From: Macrostomum lignano
Lineage: Eukaryota
Length of the DNA stretch: 64,000 bases
Assembly (NCBI GenBank): GCA_002269645.1
Contig: NIVC01001550.1
Coordinates: 186,001 to 250,000 of the forward strand
Direction: 5' to 3'
A program made the position numbers and the translations under genes. Numbering within the stretch: the stretch's first letter is position 1; the number at the start of each line of letters is the position of its first letter. Shown here one piece after another: positions 24,526-37,100 of this stretch. The notes beneath the pieces are model-generated. The model was not told the DNA's origin, ran no database searches, and worked only from the letters and a program-made list of their open reading frames with translations.

Positions 24526-25279
24526 ATATATCGTCCAGCGACTGGCAACTGAGAATTTTGCACCCTCACCCTCTTGCACCCTCATTTATTTAATTGTCCC
24601 TTAATGCTTCCTGTCTGTGGGTTTCTGTTTTAATCAGGTAATAAGGTTATTTGCCTCCTATTGATGTTGCATTACGAGATTAAGGTACACATTTCTACGA
24701 GCGCATTAATTGTTTTTATTTCGCCTTCCGCAGTTGACTTTTAACAAAATTTTTAATTACACGGAGAGTTAAGACTTTTATTGCTTTTTTTATTCGTTTG
24801 ATTCTTACAATCTGAACATATTTTACTAACAAATGTTTTTTGCCGTCTACTCTAAGTAGGCCAGACCGTTTGTTTCTCAATTAACTTTAAAACACTCCAA
24901 TTGGTTGTCATTTATCTTTTATCGACTTTAGCCCGATGTACTCGTAGCTTTTAGATTTTTAGTGGTAATTTTATTTATATATTGCCTTCAGTTATTTGTA
25001 TTTTGGTTAAACTGAATCTTATTCATTGCGTCACAGGATCTTGCCTCCTCCATTATGTGTCCGGAGCTGCCAAGTATTGATTTTTCATTCTTACGGACTT
25101 AAGCAGATCTTATCATTGGTCAAATATACACTTTGCCTGTGGTTTTGCCTAACATTTTGTTTTTAGTTATTGTTTGTTAATATAGCTGATTCGCTGTATC
25201 GGAACTGGTATTTTTAACAAAGTTTCTGTATTTTACGCGCTTTATATGACTTTTAAGTTTCCTGTCACGACATTTAGGA

Positions 25280-26980
25280 GAGCGACAGCGAGAGGGGCGC
25301 CAGCTACAGAGGGGGCACAGCTACAGAGAGGGCACAGCTACAGAGGGGGCACAGCTACAGAGGGGCGCCAGCTACAGAGAGGGCGTCAGCTGCAGAGAGG
25401 GCGTCAGCTACAGAGAGGGCGTCAGCTACAGAGAGGGCACCAGCTACAGAGAGGGCACCAGCTACAGAGAGAGCGTCAGCTACAGAGGGGCGCCAGCTAC
25501 AGAGAGGGCGCCAGCTACAGAGGGGCACAGCTACAGAGAGGGCGTCAGCTACAGAGGGGCGCCAGCTACAGAGAGGGCGTCAGCTACAGAGAGGGCGTCA
25601 GCTACAGAGAGGGCGTCAGCTACAGAGAGGGCGCCAGCTACAGAGAGGGCGCCAGCTACAGAGAGAGCGTCAGCTACAGAGGGGCGCCAGCTACAGAGAG
25701 GGCGCCAGCTACAGAGAGAGCGTCAGCTACAGAGGGGCCCCAGCTACAGAGAGGGCGTCAGCTACAGAGAGGGCGCCAGCTACAGAGAGGGCGCCAGCTA
25801 CAGAGGGGGCCTTTTACAGAAATCCAGACCAGAAGCTACAGAAGACAGACCAGAAGCTACAGAAGACAGACCAGAAGCTACAGAAGACAGACCAGAAGCT
25901 ACAGAAAACATGGAGCAGAAGCTACAGAAGACAGACCAGAAGCTACAGAAGTCCAGACCAGAAGCTACAGAAGACAGACCAGAAACTACAGAAGACATGG
26001 AGCAGAAGCTACAGAAGACAGACCAGAAGCTACAGAAGACAGACCAGAAGCTACAGAAGTCCAGACCAGAAGCTACAGAAGACAGACCAGAAGCTACAGA
26101 AGACATGGAGCAGAAGCTACAGAAGACAGACCAGAAGCTACAGAAGACAGACCAGAAGCTACAGAAGTCCAGACCAGAAGCTACAGAAGTCCAGACCAGA
26201 AGCTACAGAAGACAGACCAGAAGCTACAGAAGACAGACCAGAAGCTACAGAAAACATGGAGCAGAAGCTACAGAAGACAGACCAGAAGCTACAGAAGACA
26301 TGGAGCAGAAGCTACAGAAGACAGACCAGAAGCTACAGAAGACAGACCAGAAGCTACAGAAGACAGACCAGAAGCTACAGAAGACAGACCAGAAGCTACA
26401 GAAGACAGACCAGAAGCTACAGAAGACAGACCAGAAGCTACAGAAAACATGGAGCAGAAGCTACAGAAGACAGACCAGAAGCTACAGAAAACATGGAGCA
26501 GAAGCTACAGAAGACAGACCAGAAGCTACAGAAGACAGACCAGAAGCTACAGAAAACATGGAGCAGAAGCTACAGAAGACAGACCAGAAGCTACAGAAGA
26601 CAGACCAGAAGCTACAGAAAACATGGAGCAGAAGCTACAGAAGACAGACCAGAAGCTACAGAAGACATGGAGCAGAAGCTACAGAAGACAGACCAGAAGC
26701 TACAGAAGACATGGAGCAGAAGCTACAGAAGACAGACCAGAAGCTACAGAAGACATGGAGCAGAAGCTACAGAAGACAGACCAGAAGCTACAGAAGACAG
26801 ACCAGAAGCTACAGAAGACAGACCAGAAGCTACAGAAGACAGACCAGAAGCTACAGAAGACATGGAGCAGAAGCTACAGAAGACAGACCAGAAGCTACAG
26901 AAAACATGGAGCAGAAGCTACAGAAGACAGACCAGAAGCTACAGAAAACATGGAGCAGAAGCTACAGAAGACAGACCAGA
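25280..26980. repeat. Two abutting AGCTACAGA-core arrays (~17-bp CAGCTACAGAGAGGGCG to ~25808; 21-23-bp AGAAGCTACAGAAGACAGACC after)
   Basis: Explains ORFs 25246-27083. Confidence 0.95.
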
Positions 26981-27577
26981 AAACATTTGGATTCGCACCG
27001 ACTGTTGGGGCCTAACATTTCAACCTGAGCCTGCTGAGCCTGCAACATCCTTCAATAAGATTAAAAAAGTGATTATACAGTAGATAATCACCACTAATCA
27101 GAGTTACACAGTAAAGCTGCACAGTACTAGGCAAAACTGAATCTGTACTTTGAAAACTTGTTATTAACTGTATTTTTAAATCATCACCAGTAGTAAAAAA
27201 CAATTTTCGTCTCGAGTGCTCATGTATACAGAAAAGCGTGCCCATATAAGACAGGTCAAAAGTTGCAAATCAGCTTAATATCCTACTCAGTACTCAGTAG
27301 TGCGCATAAGCGAAGGCAGTACAAAGAATGTGCGTACATGTACATAATAGTGTACAGCTCAGAAACCTGTTATGATATAACAAAGTCAAAATGTATTCAA
27401 ATGATTAGTGATTATTGAATAAGAAAGCGATTTGCAATCACAGGTTTCTTTACCTTTACAAATTGGGAAGAACAAATTATTATTATTTTAAAGTCTATAA
27501 ACTGATATCAGTAATAAATAATGGATATACTTATAGTTATTATAGTGATTTATTGAGAGCTTGTACGTCGTATCAAG

Positions 27578-29065
27578 TTACGCGCTGGCCTCCGCTGCCA
27601 ATGTCCCGGATTCTGCGGAATCTGCCATTGTCTGCTGCTGCAGCCACCGCTGCTCTGTCTCCGGCTCCTCCAACTCGGCATCCTGCCTCGTCTGCAGATC
27701 TGCATCAACTTTCACTTCAGCATCCGCAATCAGTTCCGGCTCTGCTGCTTCTTCCACATCCGGACTGACTTCCGGCTCGGCTTTTGATGAAGCATTGGCA
27801 GCCTCCTCCCCGAGCTTGCCAGCCTCCGCAGGCTGCATCGCCGAGTCGACTTCGGCATCGGCTCCGGTAGCCTCGTCGAGCTCCTCCTCATCCGGCATCT
27901 CTTCGTCAACCTCGCCGTCTCCTTCTCCATCGCCCTCGCCGTCGATGGTGATGCTGTACTCGCCGGTCTCGTATCTGCGCTCGAGAAATTCGAGACACTC
28001 CGAGCTAGTCAGCTTAGTCTCGATGTTCCGCTTGGGCTCGTTGCCGGGATGCGTGACCTCGATGTGGCGGACCAAGTGATCCTTGCGGTAGTAGGACTTC
28101 TGACAGCAGCGGCAGGCGAACGGCTTGAAGCCGACGTGTTTCAGCGAGTGACGCTGCAGGTTGGAGCGCTGGGTGAAGCTGGCGCTGCAGAATGTGCACT
28201 TGTAGCTCTTGTGCAGCGAGTAGGTGTGCTTAGACAGGCTGGCCAGAGAGGCGAAGGCTTCGGGGCACTGATTGCAGGGGAAGCTGCGGTGACCCCCGCG
28301 GCGGGAGCGGAGGCCAAACAGGGAGCGGGACCGCTGGCCAGACCGCTTGGAGTCGCTCTGCGTCACATTGCCGCTGCTGACGCCGCTGTTGTTGCTGTTG
28401 CTGGTGTTGCTGCTACCGAGGATATCCAGACGAGCATCTGCTGTTGGGCTTTTTAACGAGTCCGAAACTGCTGACTGCTGCTGCTGTTGCTGCTGCTGCT
28501 GCGGTTGCTGCTGCTGCGGCCGAGTCGGCTGAAAGATCGCCGTAGGACTCGGGAAGACGCTGGCAGCAGTCAGGAAGCCAGTTGGCAGCAGGAAGTGCTG
28601 CTGGAAGCTCGGATTATTGACGTAGAAGCCGAGGCAGCCGCTGCCGCCAGTCTCCTTCTTGACTGTCGCGGCGCTGGGAGGATCGGCGCTGGCAGAGGCT
28701 GCCGCCGGGTCGCCGCCGGCGCCGCTGCTAGCCGCCACAAACGAGTCCAAACCGTTGGCAACCATCTTCTGCGGCGCCTGCGACTTTCGTTTCGACGATT
28801 TCTCGGCCTTGGATGTCGCCACCGCCTCCGCCGGTGCCGCTGCTGCCGCAACCGTTGCAGTCGCAGCAGCTGACGCCGCAGTAGTCCTCACTGCTGGCAT
28901 CGGCGCCGCCGCCAGGTCCTCGACAATGTCCAGGAAGACGGCGGATTCGTCCGAGCCGTCCAGACGAACGCTGACCAGGCAGGTGACCCGGGCGGACCGT
29001 TCATAGCCGGGCAGGTGACTCCTAATAGCGTCTAACAGATCCGCGCGGAATTTGGCTCGGTCCAT
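27578..29065 (-). CDS. Single-exon C2H2 zinc-finger protein (3 fingers), 495 aa
   Basis: Uninterrupted ORF with CNQC..HTYSLH, CTFC..FTQRSNLQRHSLKH, linker VGFKPF and CRCC..YYRKDHLVRHIEVTH. It also has a poly-Q tract and an acidic tail. Confidence 0.9.
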   Translation of the reverse strand: MDRAKFRADLLDAIRSHLPGYERSARVTCLVSVRLDGSDESAVFLDIVEDLAAAPMPAVRTTAASAAATATVAAAAAPAEAVATSKAEKSSKRKSQAPQKMVANGLDSFVAASSGAGGDPAAASASADPPSAATVKKETGGSGCLGFYVNNPSFQQHFLLPTGFLTAASVFPSPTAIFQPTRPQQQQPQQQQQQQQQSAVSDSLKSPTADARLDILGSSNTSNSNNSGVSSGNVTQSDSKRSGQRSRSLFGLRSRRGGHRSFPCNQCPEAFASLASLSKHTYSLHKSYKCTFCSASFTQRSNLQRHSLKHVGFKPFACRCCQKSYYRKDHLVRHIEVTHPGNEPKRNIETKLTSSECLEFLERRYETGEYSITIDGEGDGEGDGEVDEEMPDEEELDEATGADAEVDSAMQPAEAGKLGEEAANASSKAEPEVSPDVEEAAEPELIADAEVKVDADLQTRQDAELEEPETEQRWLQQQTMADSAESGTLAAEASA

Positions 29066-30829
29066 TCTGGTGAAGTATCAGTTTCAGTATTCTTAGTTCT
29101 ATACGAGGCCGATTTCCCAATACATAGGTAAATAGCTCATATATATGTGGCAATTTGGTATTATGGCCCACGAGCCTCCTGGAACTCTCCCACCTACTGC
29201 TTTGCCCCCCCCCAACTCCTCTGAATTCCCCCTTTGTGGAGGGCAACTTGGGAAACCGAGCTGCAAAATCAGGAATAGAGGGGAAGCGTGCCCCCCCCTA
29301 AACTGCTGCTTCTGCAATATGTAACTCCCCTATCCCCTAGCAGCAGTGCTAGATAAGATATCTAATAAGGCATTCTTATGTCGCTTTTTCCCACCTACTC
29401 GGGAAACTAAGCCGACATGCGTTGGACAGAGCGGGAGAGAATTAAGGTGCGGAATGAGGATTCACGATAAAATAAGGCGCAAGATCTCTCTATAAATACA
29501 GTACGGGCTACATTATTGGGTATTCGAATTCGCGCCAAAAAAACAGTGTGTCTAATGCATACATCCCGATGGCAATTGGTGATTCAATTATTGGTTTTGG
29601 CGCGAATTCAAAATGAAAATATTGATATAGGGATGGGATTAGCTGATTTGCTGCAGGAGACTTACCTATGTTGCCGATTACTTCGACTTAATTCTTTCGT
29701 TTATTTCCTACGGGAAGTCACACGCGAGGCAAGACAGTCAGGGGGGGGGCAATGAAATACAAAAAATACTTCAGTCAGTGAGAGAGCAGGACCCGCCTGC
29801 TGCAGCCGCATATTATAAAGTTGTATTGTCGGGGAGACGAGAGGAGGGAGGGAGGGGACAGGACTCGGTAAAATAGGGGGGGGGGACACCCGTCCTCTCC
29901 CTTTTCTCTCTGCTTGGAATACTTAAAAAAAGGGTCTCCTCAAACCCCCTTACTAGAACGGTTTGGAGAGAGACGACTGAGGAGAGGGGGAGTGAAGGCG
30001 GGGTGATAATGCGGGGTAAGGGGTAAGAGAGGAGAGCGCTGCTCCGACTTTGTGCTAGGGCGCGCTTTGGGGTTAAGTGGAGGGACAAGGGGTGGGGGTT
30101 GGGCTAGGGGGCCGGCTGTATAATTGGGGAGGGGGTGGGTTTGGGCCTGAAAAGGAGAGCGAGAGGCCCTCCCCAAACTTGTGCAGTTGCAGCCAGCCTA
30201 AGCGGGGGAGGGCTAAAGCTGAGAAATGATCCTCCTATCTATCTGGTCTGTGCTTCACGCCCTATGCCCAGTTCTCTCTCCCCTCAGCCAGTTCAGGCAC
30301 ACCACAACTCTCTCTCTCCTCTCCCTCTCTCAGGGTCTCAGCTCGGGAATTTGCTGGCGGGCTCTCCCTCTGTGTAGGGAAAGCAAGCCAGCGTTTGTTG
30401 TAGTTGAAGCAGGAGAGGCAGAAAAGCTTTGCCTGGCGGTTGCGTAGCGTACTGGCCGCACTGCGTATTATTGTGCCCCCTTTGCCACATGACCCTTCCC
30501 CGACCCCTCACTCCTACTTTCCCATTTGGGCACAGCACAGCGGCAAAAGCTGCTGCTATGCTATTACTAAGGCTGGCTAGCTTGATATCAGTGTACACTA
30601 GCGACTATGGATAATGGAGTGTGGAAGTGGAATGAATGTGGAGTCCTGGATCGTTGCGTGAGGATTGTAGTCGTAGGTTAGCTGGGGATGCATTAATTTT
30701 TTCTGAATTTCCCTCCAATAACTACTTTATTGATCCACACCTAACCACCAGGCAAGGTGAACTCACATCGGCACATTGTTCACGTGCACGTCCACGAAGA
30801 CCACGTGGTCTTCGTCCACGAAGTCCACG

Positions 30830-31560
30830 AAGACTTTCAACTCCTAAGACCCAACTCCCAAAACTTTCAACTTCTAAGACCCAACTCCCAAGACTTCCAA
30901 CTCCTAAGACCCAACTCCCAAAACTTTCAACTTCTAAGACCCAACTCCCAAGACTTCCAACTCCTAAGACCCAACTCCCAAGACTTTCAACTCCTAAGAC
31001 CCAACTCCCAAGACTTTCAACTTCTAAGACCTAACTCCCAAGACTTTCAACTCCTAAGACCCAACTCCCAAGACTTTCAACTTCTAAGACCCAACTCCCA
31101 AGACTTTCAACTCATAAGACCCAACTCCCAAGACTTTCAACTTCTAAGACCCAACTTCCAAGACTTTCAACTCTTAAGACCCAACTCCCAAGACTTTCAA
31201 CTCCTAAGACCTAACTCCCAAGACTTTCAACTCCTAAGACCCAACTCCCAAGACTTTCAACTTCTAAGACCCAACTCCCAAGACTTTCAACTTCTAAGAC
31301 CCAACTCCCAAGACTTTCAACTCTTAAGACCCAACTCCCAAGACTTTCAACTCCTAAGACCCAACTCCCAAGACTTTCAACTCATAAGACCCAACTCCCA
31401 AGACTTTCAACTCATAAGACCCAACTCCCGAGACTTCCAACTCCTAAAACTCACAACTCCCAATATTCCCAAATCCCAAGATTCCCAAATCCCAAAATTC
31501 CCAAATCCCAAGATTCCCAACTCCCAAGATTCCCAATCCCCAAGATTCTCAAATCCCAGG
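30830..31560. repeat. 30-bp minisatellite CTCCTAAGACCCAACTCCCAAGACTTTCAA with degenerate tail
   Basis: About 20 copies. Confidence 0.95.
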
Positions 31561-32624
31561 ATTCCCTGCTCTTAATACGGGAGAGGATGGGGGCTTCATC
31601 AAGGACTTCTGAATTGTATAGTAGACTAGCTCATCTTGTACTTCTAATCGTCCTTGGGCTTCACTTGGCCCACCGTCTGCATTCCGGAATTTGCCGAAGA
31701 AATCTTGAAGACAGATCAATGACAGTACGAGCTACACTCGCTGTTTTTCATTTTCTCATTCGAATTCTCTCCGCACCCCTCTCCGATATACAAAAGGGAA
31801 CTCGCACAGATTGCCTGGCCTCACCTGTTACGAAGAGGAGAGAGGGAGAGGGAGAGGGAGGGAGAGGGGAGAGAGAGGAGGGGGCAAGGTCCGCTCGGTA
31901 CAGGACGGGGTTCGCGCTAAATTATAAAACTTAATGCCCCCCCCCAGCTGTGCAGGCAGCTTTTTATCTTTCCTGCAGCGAGAGGAGGACTTGCCGCTTT
32001 TTCCATTTCAGCCCTCCCCCCTCGTCTTCTGCTGCGTAACTCTCTGCTGGGCCTGAGCACTCGATGACTGGAGCTTAACTGAATGCGGACCGAGGTTGCG
32101 GAGAGAAAGGGGAGAGAGAGACAAGTAGGGACAGCAGGGAGTGAGGTGGGCTGCGGCCGGTGGCTTCCCTCAGGTTGGGTTGAGCAGCCTGAAAACAATA
32201 CAGCCAAAAGCTTTTTATAGGCACAATAATGGGGCGAGTGCAGAGCAGGAAAAGCAGCACTGCACTGCAGTCAGCTCATGCAGCAGAAGCAGCAGCGGCA
32301 ACACACCATGTGTGTGTGGTGTGTGTGTGTGTGTGTGCAATTTTGAATTGAACGAATTGCATTCTATACTAAACTAAACCGCATACCGCCCCTTCGGAAT
32401 AGAAGGAGAGGGAGAGTCTGAGGGGGGTGTAACAACTTGTGCTAAAGCTACATAACAAAACTTGGACACATCTTTCTAACAATAAAGCACAATTTGCTAT
32501 CCTTCGTAAAAGCTATCCCAGTCGTCTGTAAGTGCGATTAAGACAGCGCTTGGCCTCTGCAATCGCTTCTGCACATTGCAAGGAGCATTTATGGTCTCTG
32601 AGCAATAGTGTCATGTCTAGTCTG

Positions 32625-32900
32625 TTAGACTGCCGGATTGTCAGACTGTCGGATTGTAAGACTGTCGGATTGTCAGACTGTCGGATTGTAAGACTGTCGG
32701 ATTGTCAGACTGTCGGATTGTAAGACTGTCGGATTGTCAGACTGTCGGATTGTAAGACTGTCGGATTGTCAGACTGTCGGATTGTAAGACTGTCGGATTG
32801 TCAGACTGTCGGATTGTCAGACTGTCGGATTGTCAGACTGTCGGATTGTCAGACTGTCGGATTGTAAGACTGTCGGATTGTCAGACTGTCGGATTGTCAG
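32625..32900. repeat. 16-bp minisatellite GACTGTCGGATTGT(C/A)A
   Basis: About 17 copies, two alternating variants. Confidence 0.95.
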
Positions 32901-33644
32901 AGCAATTAATTTGATTTAATTTTTTATTAAACAATTTCAGACCACTTTGATCCCAAACACTCTACTACTCTGTCAATAGTAAGTAGCAAATAGCGTATGG
33001 ATTATTCACTGTTAAGAGTAATTGGAACTGGCAGAATTCTGTGCTACGTTTTTCGACTAAAAGCTTGCGAATCGAGCTGCTGTTGATGAGTTAAAACCGA
33101 GTTCAGCAGATCATGCGGGGTTGAGCTTCGGTTCTTGAGCACCGAATTAAGAGATAAAGCAGAGATTTTCTTTTAATCTTCTCTCCCCTCATACATTAAA
33201 ATCCTGCTTAGCTGTAAAGTTGATGATGCATGCAATAATTGCTATACCATAATCTTCGTGTTAAATAACTGCAGAGATCCCTGTTCCTTACCTAGCCCGG
33301 GAATTAATCTTTATAGTGACTTCTTAGCTCGGGTTTCATACAGCAATAGATCAAGGAGAATTAGAAGTGGAAACTCGTTTCGGTGAGCAAATATACCAGA
33401 AAATGGCTTTTGATTGACCTTCCAATAATATATTTTTGTTTCAAACTGATTGTTACTATTTCTGGAGGCCTTCTGGGAGCCTAGGGTTTGAGCCTTCAAA
33501 AGTTTTTCCTAGAAACGATGTGTCCCATCCTTCTTATTAGAGGGAACAAAGCCTACCGTCATTTACATGTACTTTAACATGAAAGTATAAACAGCATTTA
33601 GGAATATTCAAGACAATACGAAAAGTACTCCAGCAAAGATTAGC

Positions 33645-34151
33645 GAATCAAATGGATCAGTGAACAGTCAGGCTAATTACGGTAACAGTTGCTCTCTCAG
33701 GTGTCAGCCGAGATTACAGAATCAAATGAATCTGTGAGCAGTCAGGCTAATTACGGTAACAGTTGCTCTCTCAGGTGTCAGCAGAGATTACCGAATCAAA
33801 TGAATCTGTGAGCAGTCAGGATAATTACGGTAACAGTTGCTCTCTCAGGTGTCAGCAGAGATTACCGAATCAAATGAATCTGTGAACAGTCAGGATAATT
33901 ACGGTAACAGTTGCTCTCTCAGGTGTCAGCAGAGATTACCGAATCAAATGAATCTGTGAGCAGTCAGGATAATTACGGTAACAGTTGCTCTCTCAGGTGT
34001 CAGCAGAGATTACCGAATCAAATGAATCTGTGAGCAGTCAGGATAATTACGGTAACAGTTGCTCTCTCAGGTGTCAGCAGAGATTACCGAATCAAATGAA
34101 TCTGTGAGCAGTCAGGATAATTACGGTAACAGTTGCTCTCTCAGGTGTCAG
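33645..34151. repeat. 74-bp tandem repeat (ATCAAATGAATCTGTGAGCAGTCAGG...)
   Basis: About 7 copies just downstream of the pseudokinase stop codon. Confidence 0.95.
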
Positions 34152-34184
34152 TGAGTATCGGATTAGTGACGCCGAGTCAGCTCG

Positions 34185-37100
34185 CTAGCCGAACAAGCTG
34201 TACAGCACGCGAGACCTGCTGGTGAAGTAGGAACCGACCATCCGGTCAGCGTCGTCACCAAGATTGGTGGCCGGCTTCGAAGGCGTCGGCTCCCTGTTGT
34301 AGCCCTGCATGATGAGGCTGTGTGCGAACCAGAGTCCCTCGGGAGGCTGGGCCATCTCCAGGGCCTCCCAGTTCGTGTTCTTAGGGGTGGCGAAGTTGTT
34401 GGATGAAGCAAAATCGATTGATAGCGGAAAAATTTATGACCTGAATTTACATTAATTTTGTTTGATTGGGGTGTGAACTTCGTTCAGACATCTCAATCGA
34501 TTCTAATCTCTGTCAGCTGGATGTCACATATCGATTCTAATCTCTGTCAGCTGGATGTCACATATCGATTCTAATCTCTGTCAGCTGGATGTCACATATC
34601 GATTCTAATCTCTGTCAGCTGGATGTCACATATCGATTCTAATCTCTGTCAGCTGGATGTCACATATCGATTCTAATCTCTGTCAGCTGGATGTCACATA
34701 TCGATTCTAATCTCTGTCAGCTGGATGTCACATATCGATTCTAATCTCTGTCAGCTGGATGTCACATATCGATTCTAATCTCTGTCAGCTGGATGTCACA
34801 TATCGATTCTAATCTCTGTCAGCTGGATGTCACATATCGATTCTAATCTCTGTCAGCTGGATGTCACATATCGATTCCTGTACGTGGGGCCAAAAGCAGT
34901 GCAAATGTCTAACTTAATGCGTGTACGCTCGTACTCACAATGAAATAGTTGTGCTCCATCATGAGCTGATAGCCTTTGAACTCGAACTCTCCGTAACCGG
35001 CATCGAGGTAGAAGTCGTTGCTAAAACCCGAACCCGAGGATTTAGGCTTTTGGGCGTTTTTCCCCGCCAATGAGGCCGAACAGTTCGTCTGGGGCATCAG
35101 CGCTGATTTTCCCGGGCCAAGCGGCATCGGACGGCCTTCGTCGTCAAAATCGAGGCGCCATGACAGATGCTGTCCGGCCACTGGCGGCCGTTTTGGCAGC
35201 GGCCTCGCAGCCAGCCGAGGCTTCGGCAACGGCGGCGTCGAGTGCTGCGTGGCTGGCACGAGACCGACAGTCTGCGGCTTGGCGCGCTTCGACCGATGCC
35301 CGGCCGGCAGCTGAGGAGTCGGCTCCAGCATCGACCCGGACTCTGACACGGATGCTGATTTCGGCGTGCCGCCATTCTCGGCGTCCGCTGTTGCGGATAG
35401 CGGCGTCTTCCAGGACTCCCTGATTGATTTCATTGAAGCCGTGGACCAACCTTTCAGACGCCCTTTCGAAGCCTGGTCGAAGTACATGGACGAGCTCACT
35501 CGTGCCCGCTGCAACTCCTGCCTGCGCTGCCAGAGGCGCTCGTTTTTTTGCCTCCTTGATGGCGTCCCGCTGAGCGAAGTTGCCGGCGGCGCCCTGACTG
35601 CCACCGAAGCCGGTCATGGCTGTGCCGGCCGCAAACGAACTGGCCGCGCCCATGGATGCTCGAGAAATTCGAATCTGCCCGACCGCGTCGCTGTCGCTTT
35701 CGAAGCCTTCAAAATCATCAACTGGATCAATGAATTGGCTGGAGACGCGCGAATAGCCGGCCAGTTGGCTGGCGCTGCGCATCAACTCCAGCTCCAGTAT
35801 TTTCTGTGCGCGGGTAAGCGGATACGGAGTCTATCATTGTCGGGGGTATTATTGACACATTGAAAGGCAGCTAACCGAGATTAGACAGAGCCGGACACCA
35901 ACTTCTAATAGCTTCCCAGCCGTTATAGCTTCTTTATTAGCAAAATTTTAGCCTAGTGGTTAGAGCGTCGGACTCACGACTGAAAGACACTCAACTCTGC
36001 ATTGCTTCAGCTCACCCAGCTGTAAAATGGGTGCCAGTATTAGCTGGGATAATTGAGGGTGTATGTGGCGACCCCCCCTCCCCCCAGTCCTTGGACTGAG
36101 CAGCCGTACGCAGCCTTCAGATGCGCCGCGCAATAGCTGCGGCTGAGCTGTCGGTTGCACATCTGCCCATTGGGACAGGTGTAATCAATTATTATTATCA
36201 TATTATTAACATAGCTCGTACAACACTACGCATTGCTACGAAGATATCTAAAACTTACTTCCTCTTCAGCTCTAGGAATGCGACTCCACGAGTAGCACAG
36301 GTCGGCTTCCATCCAGCTGGGCTGAAGACTCTCCAGTATTCGGCGCATCGCCTCCTTGGTGACAATTTTGTTCCTGATGTAGCGAACGAGCGCTCCGAAA
36401 TTGTGACAATCGCAGAGCTTCGGGTCCATGCACTCGGCCGTGAGGCGACACTTTGGACAGATGCCAACAAACACGTCCCTGCGCCTGTGGTCGTCGGCAG
36501 TTGAATGCATGTGAGAGATGCTGAAGTGTCGAATATTGTCGCAGTGCAGAACTCCCAGCATAGCGGCGTATCGCAGAGCGTCCAGCTGGTGAGAAGCTTC
36601 GCCGATTTTTTCGCAAAGCGACGTGTCGAAATCGGTAATCTGCGGCCGACCATAGTAGTCGAGCGCGATGCTGCACAGAGACAGATTGCCGTGATAGATG
36701 CAACTGTGGCGCATGAACTCCAAGCCCAGCAGAATGCAGGCGGCGTAATAGCGTACGCTATTGTGCGAGAGATGCACCACTAGCTTCTTGAGGTCGCTCA
36801 GGTACATGTTCGGTGGCAGGGGAGCAATGACGAGCATGTCCCGTTGATGAAGTCTAGCCGCCACTACTGGCTGTACAAACGCTGTCATTCTGGCTAGGTC
36901 CGTTTGCACCTTAAAAACCGCTTTAAAACTCTTTATTATCCTCTTGCTCTCTTCGTCATCCCATTCGCGTAAAGATCGACTAGTGCACGCGTACCGGACG
37001 CCAGTGTCGGTGCAGCGAACGCATCTGCAAATCGAGGAGCCGAGGAGAATTAGGCGTATCAGGTGACTTACCGATCGGTTGCTTAATAATCTAGTCAAAG

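Noticed and set aside
25246-27083. 589-aa and 372-aa ORFs resembling repetitive or antifreeze-like proteins
   Set aside because: Pure minisatellite open in all frames, with no splice context or unique domain.
37023-37071. Apparent 47-nt GTAAGT...TTTGCAG intron in the pseudokinase exon
   Set aside because: Splicing shifts the frame into stops, whereas read-through supplies the beta1/Gly-loop region; treated as coding. RNA-seq would settle it.
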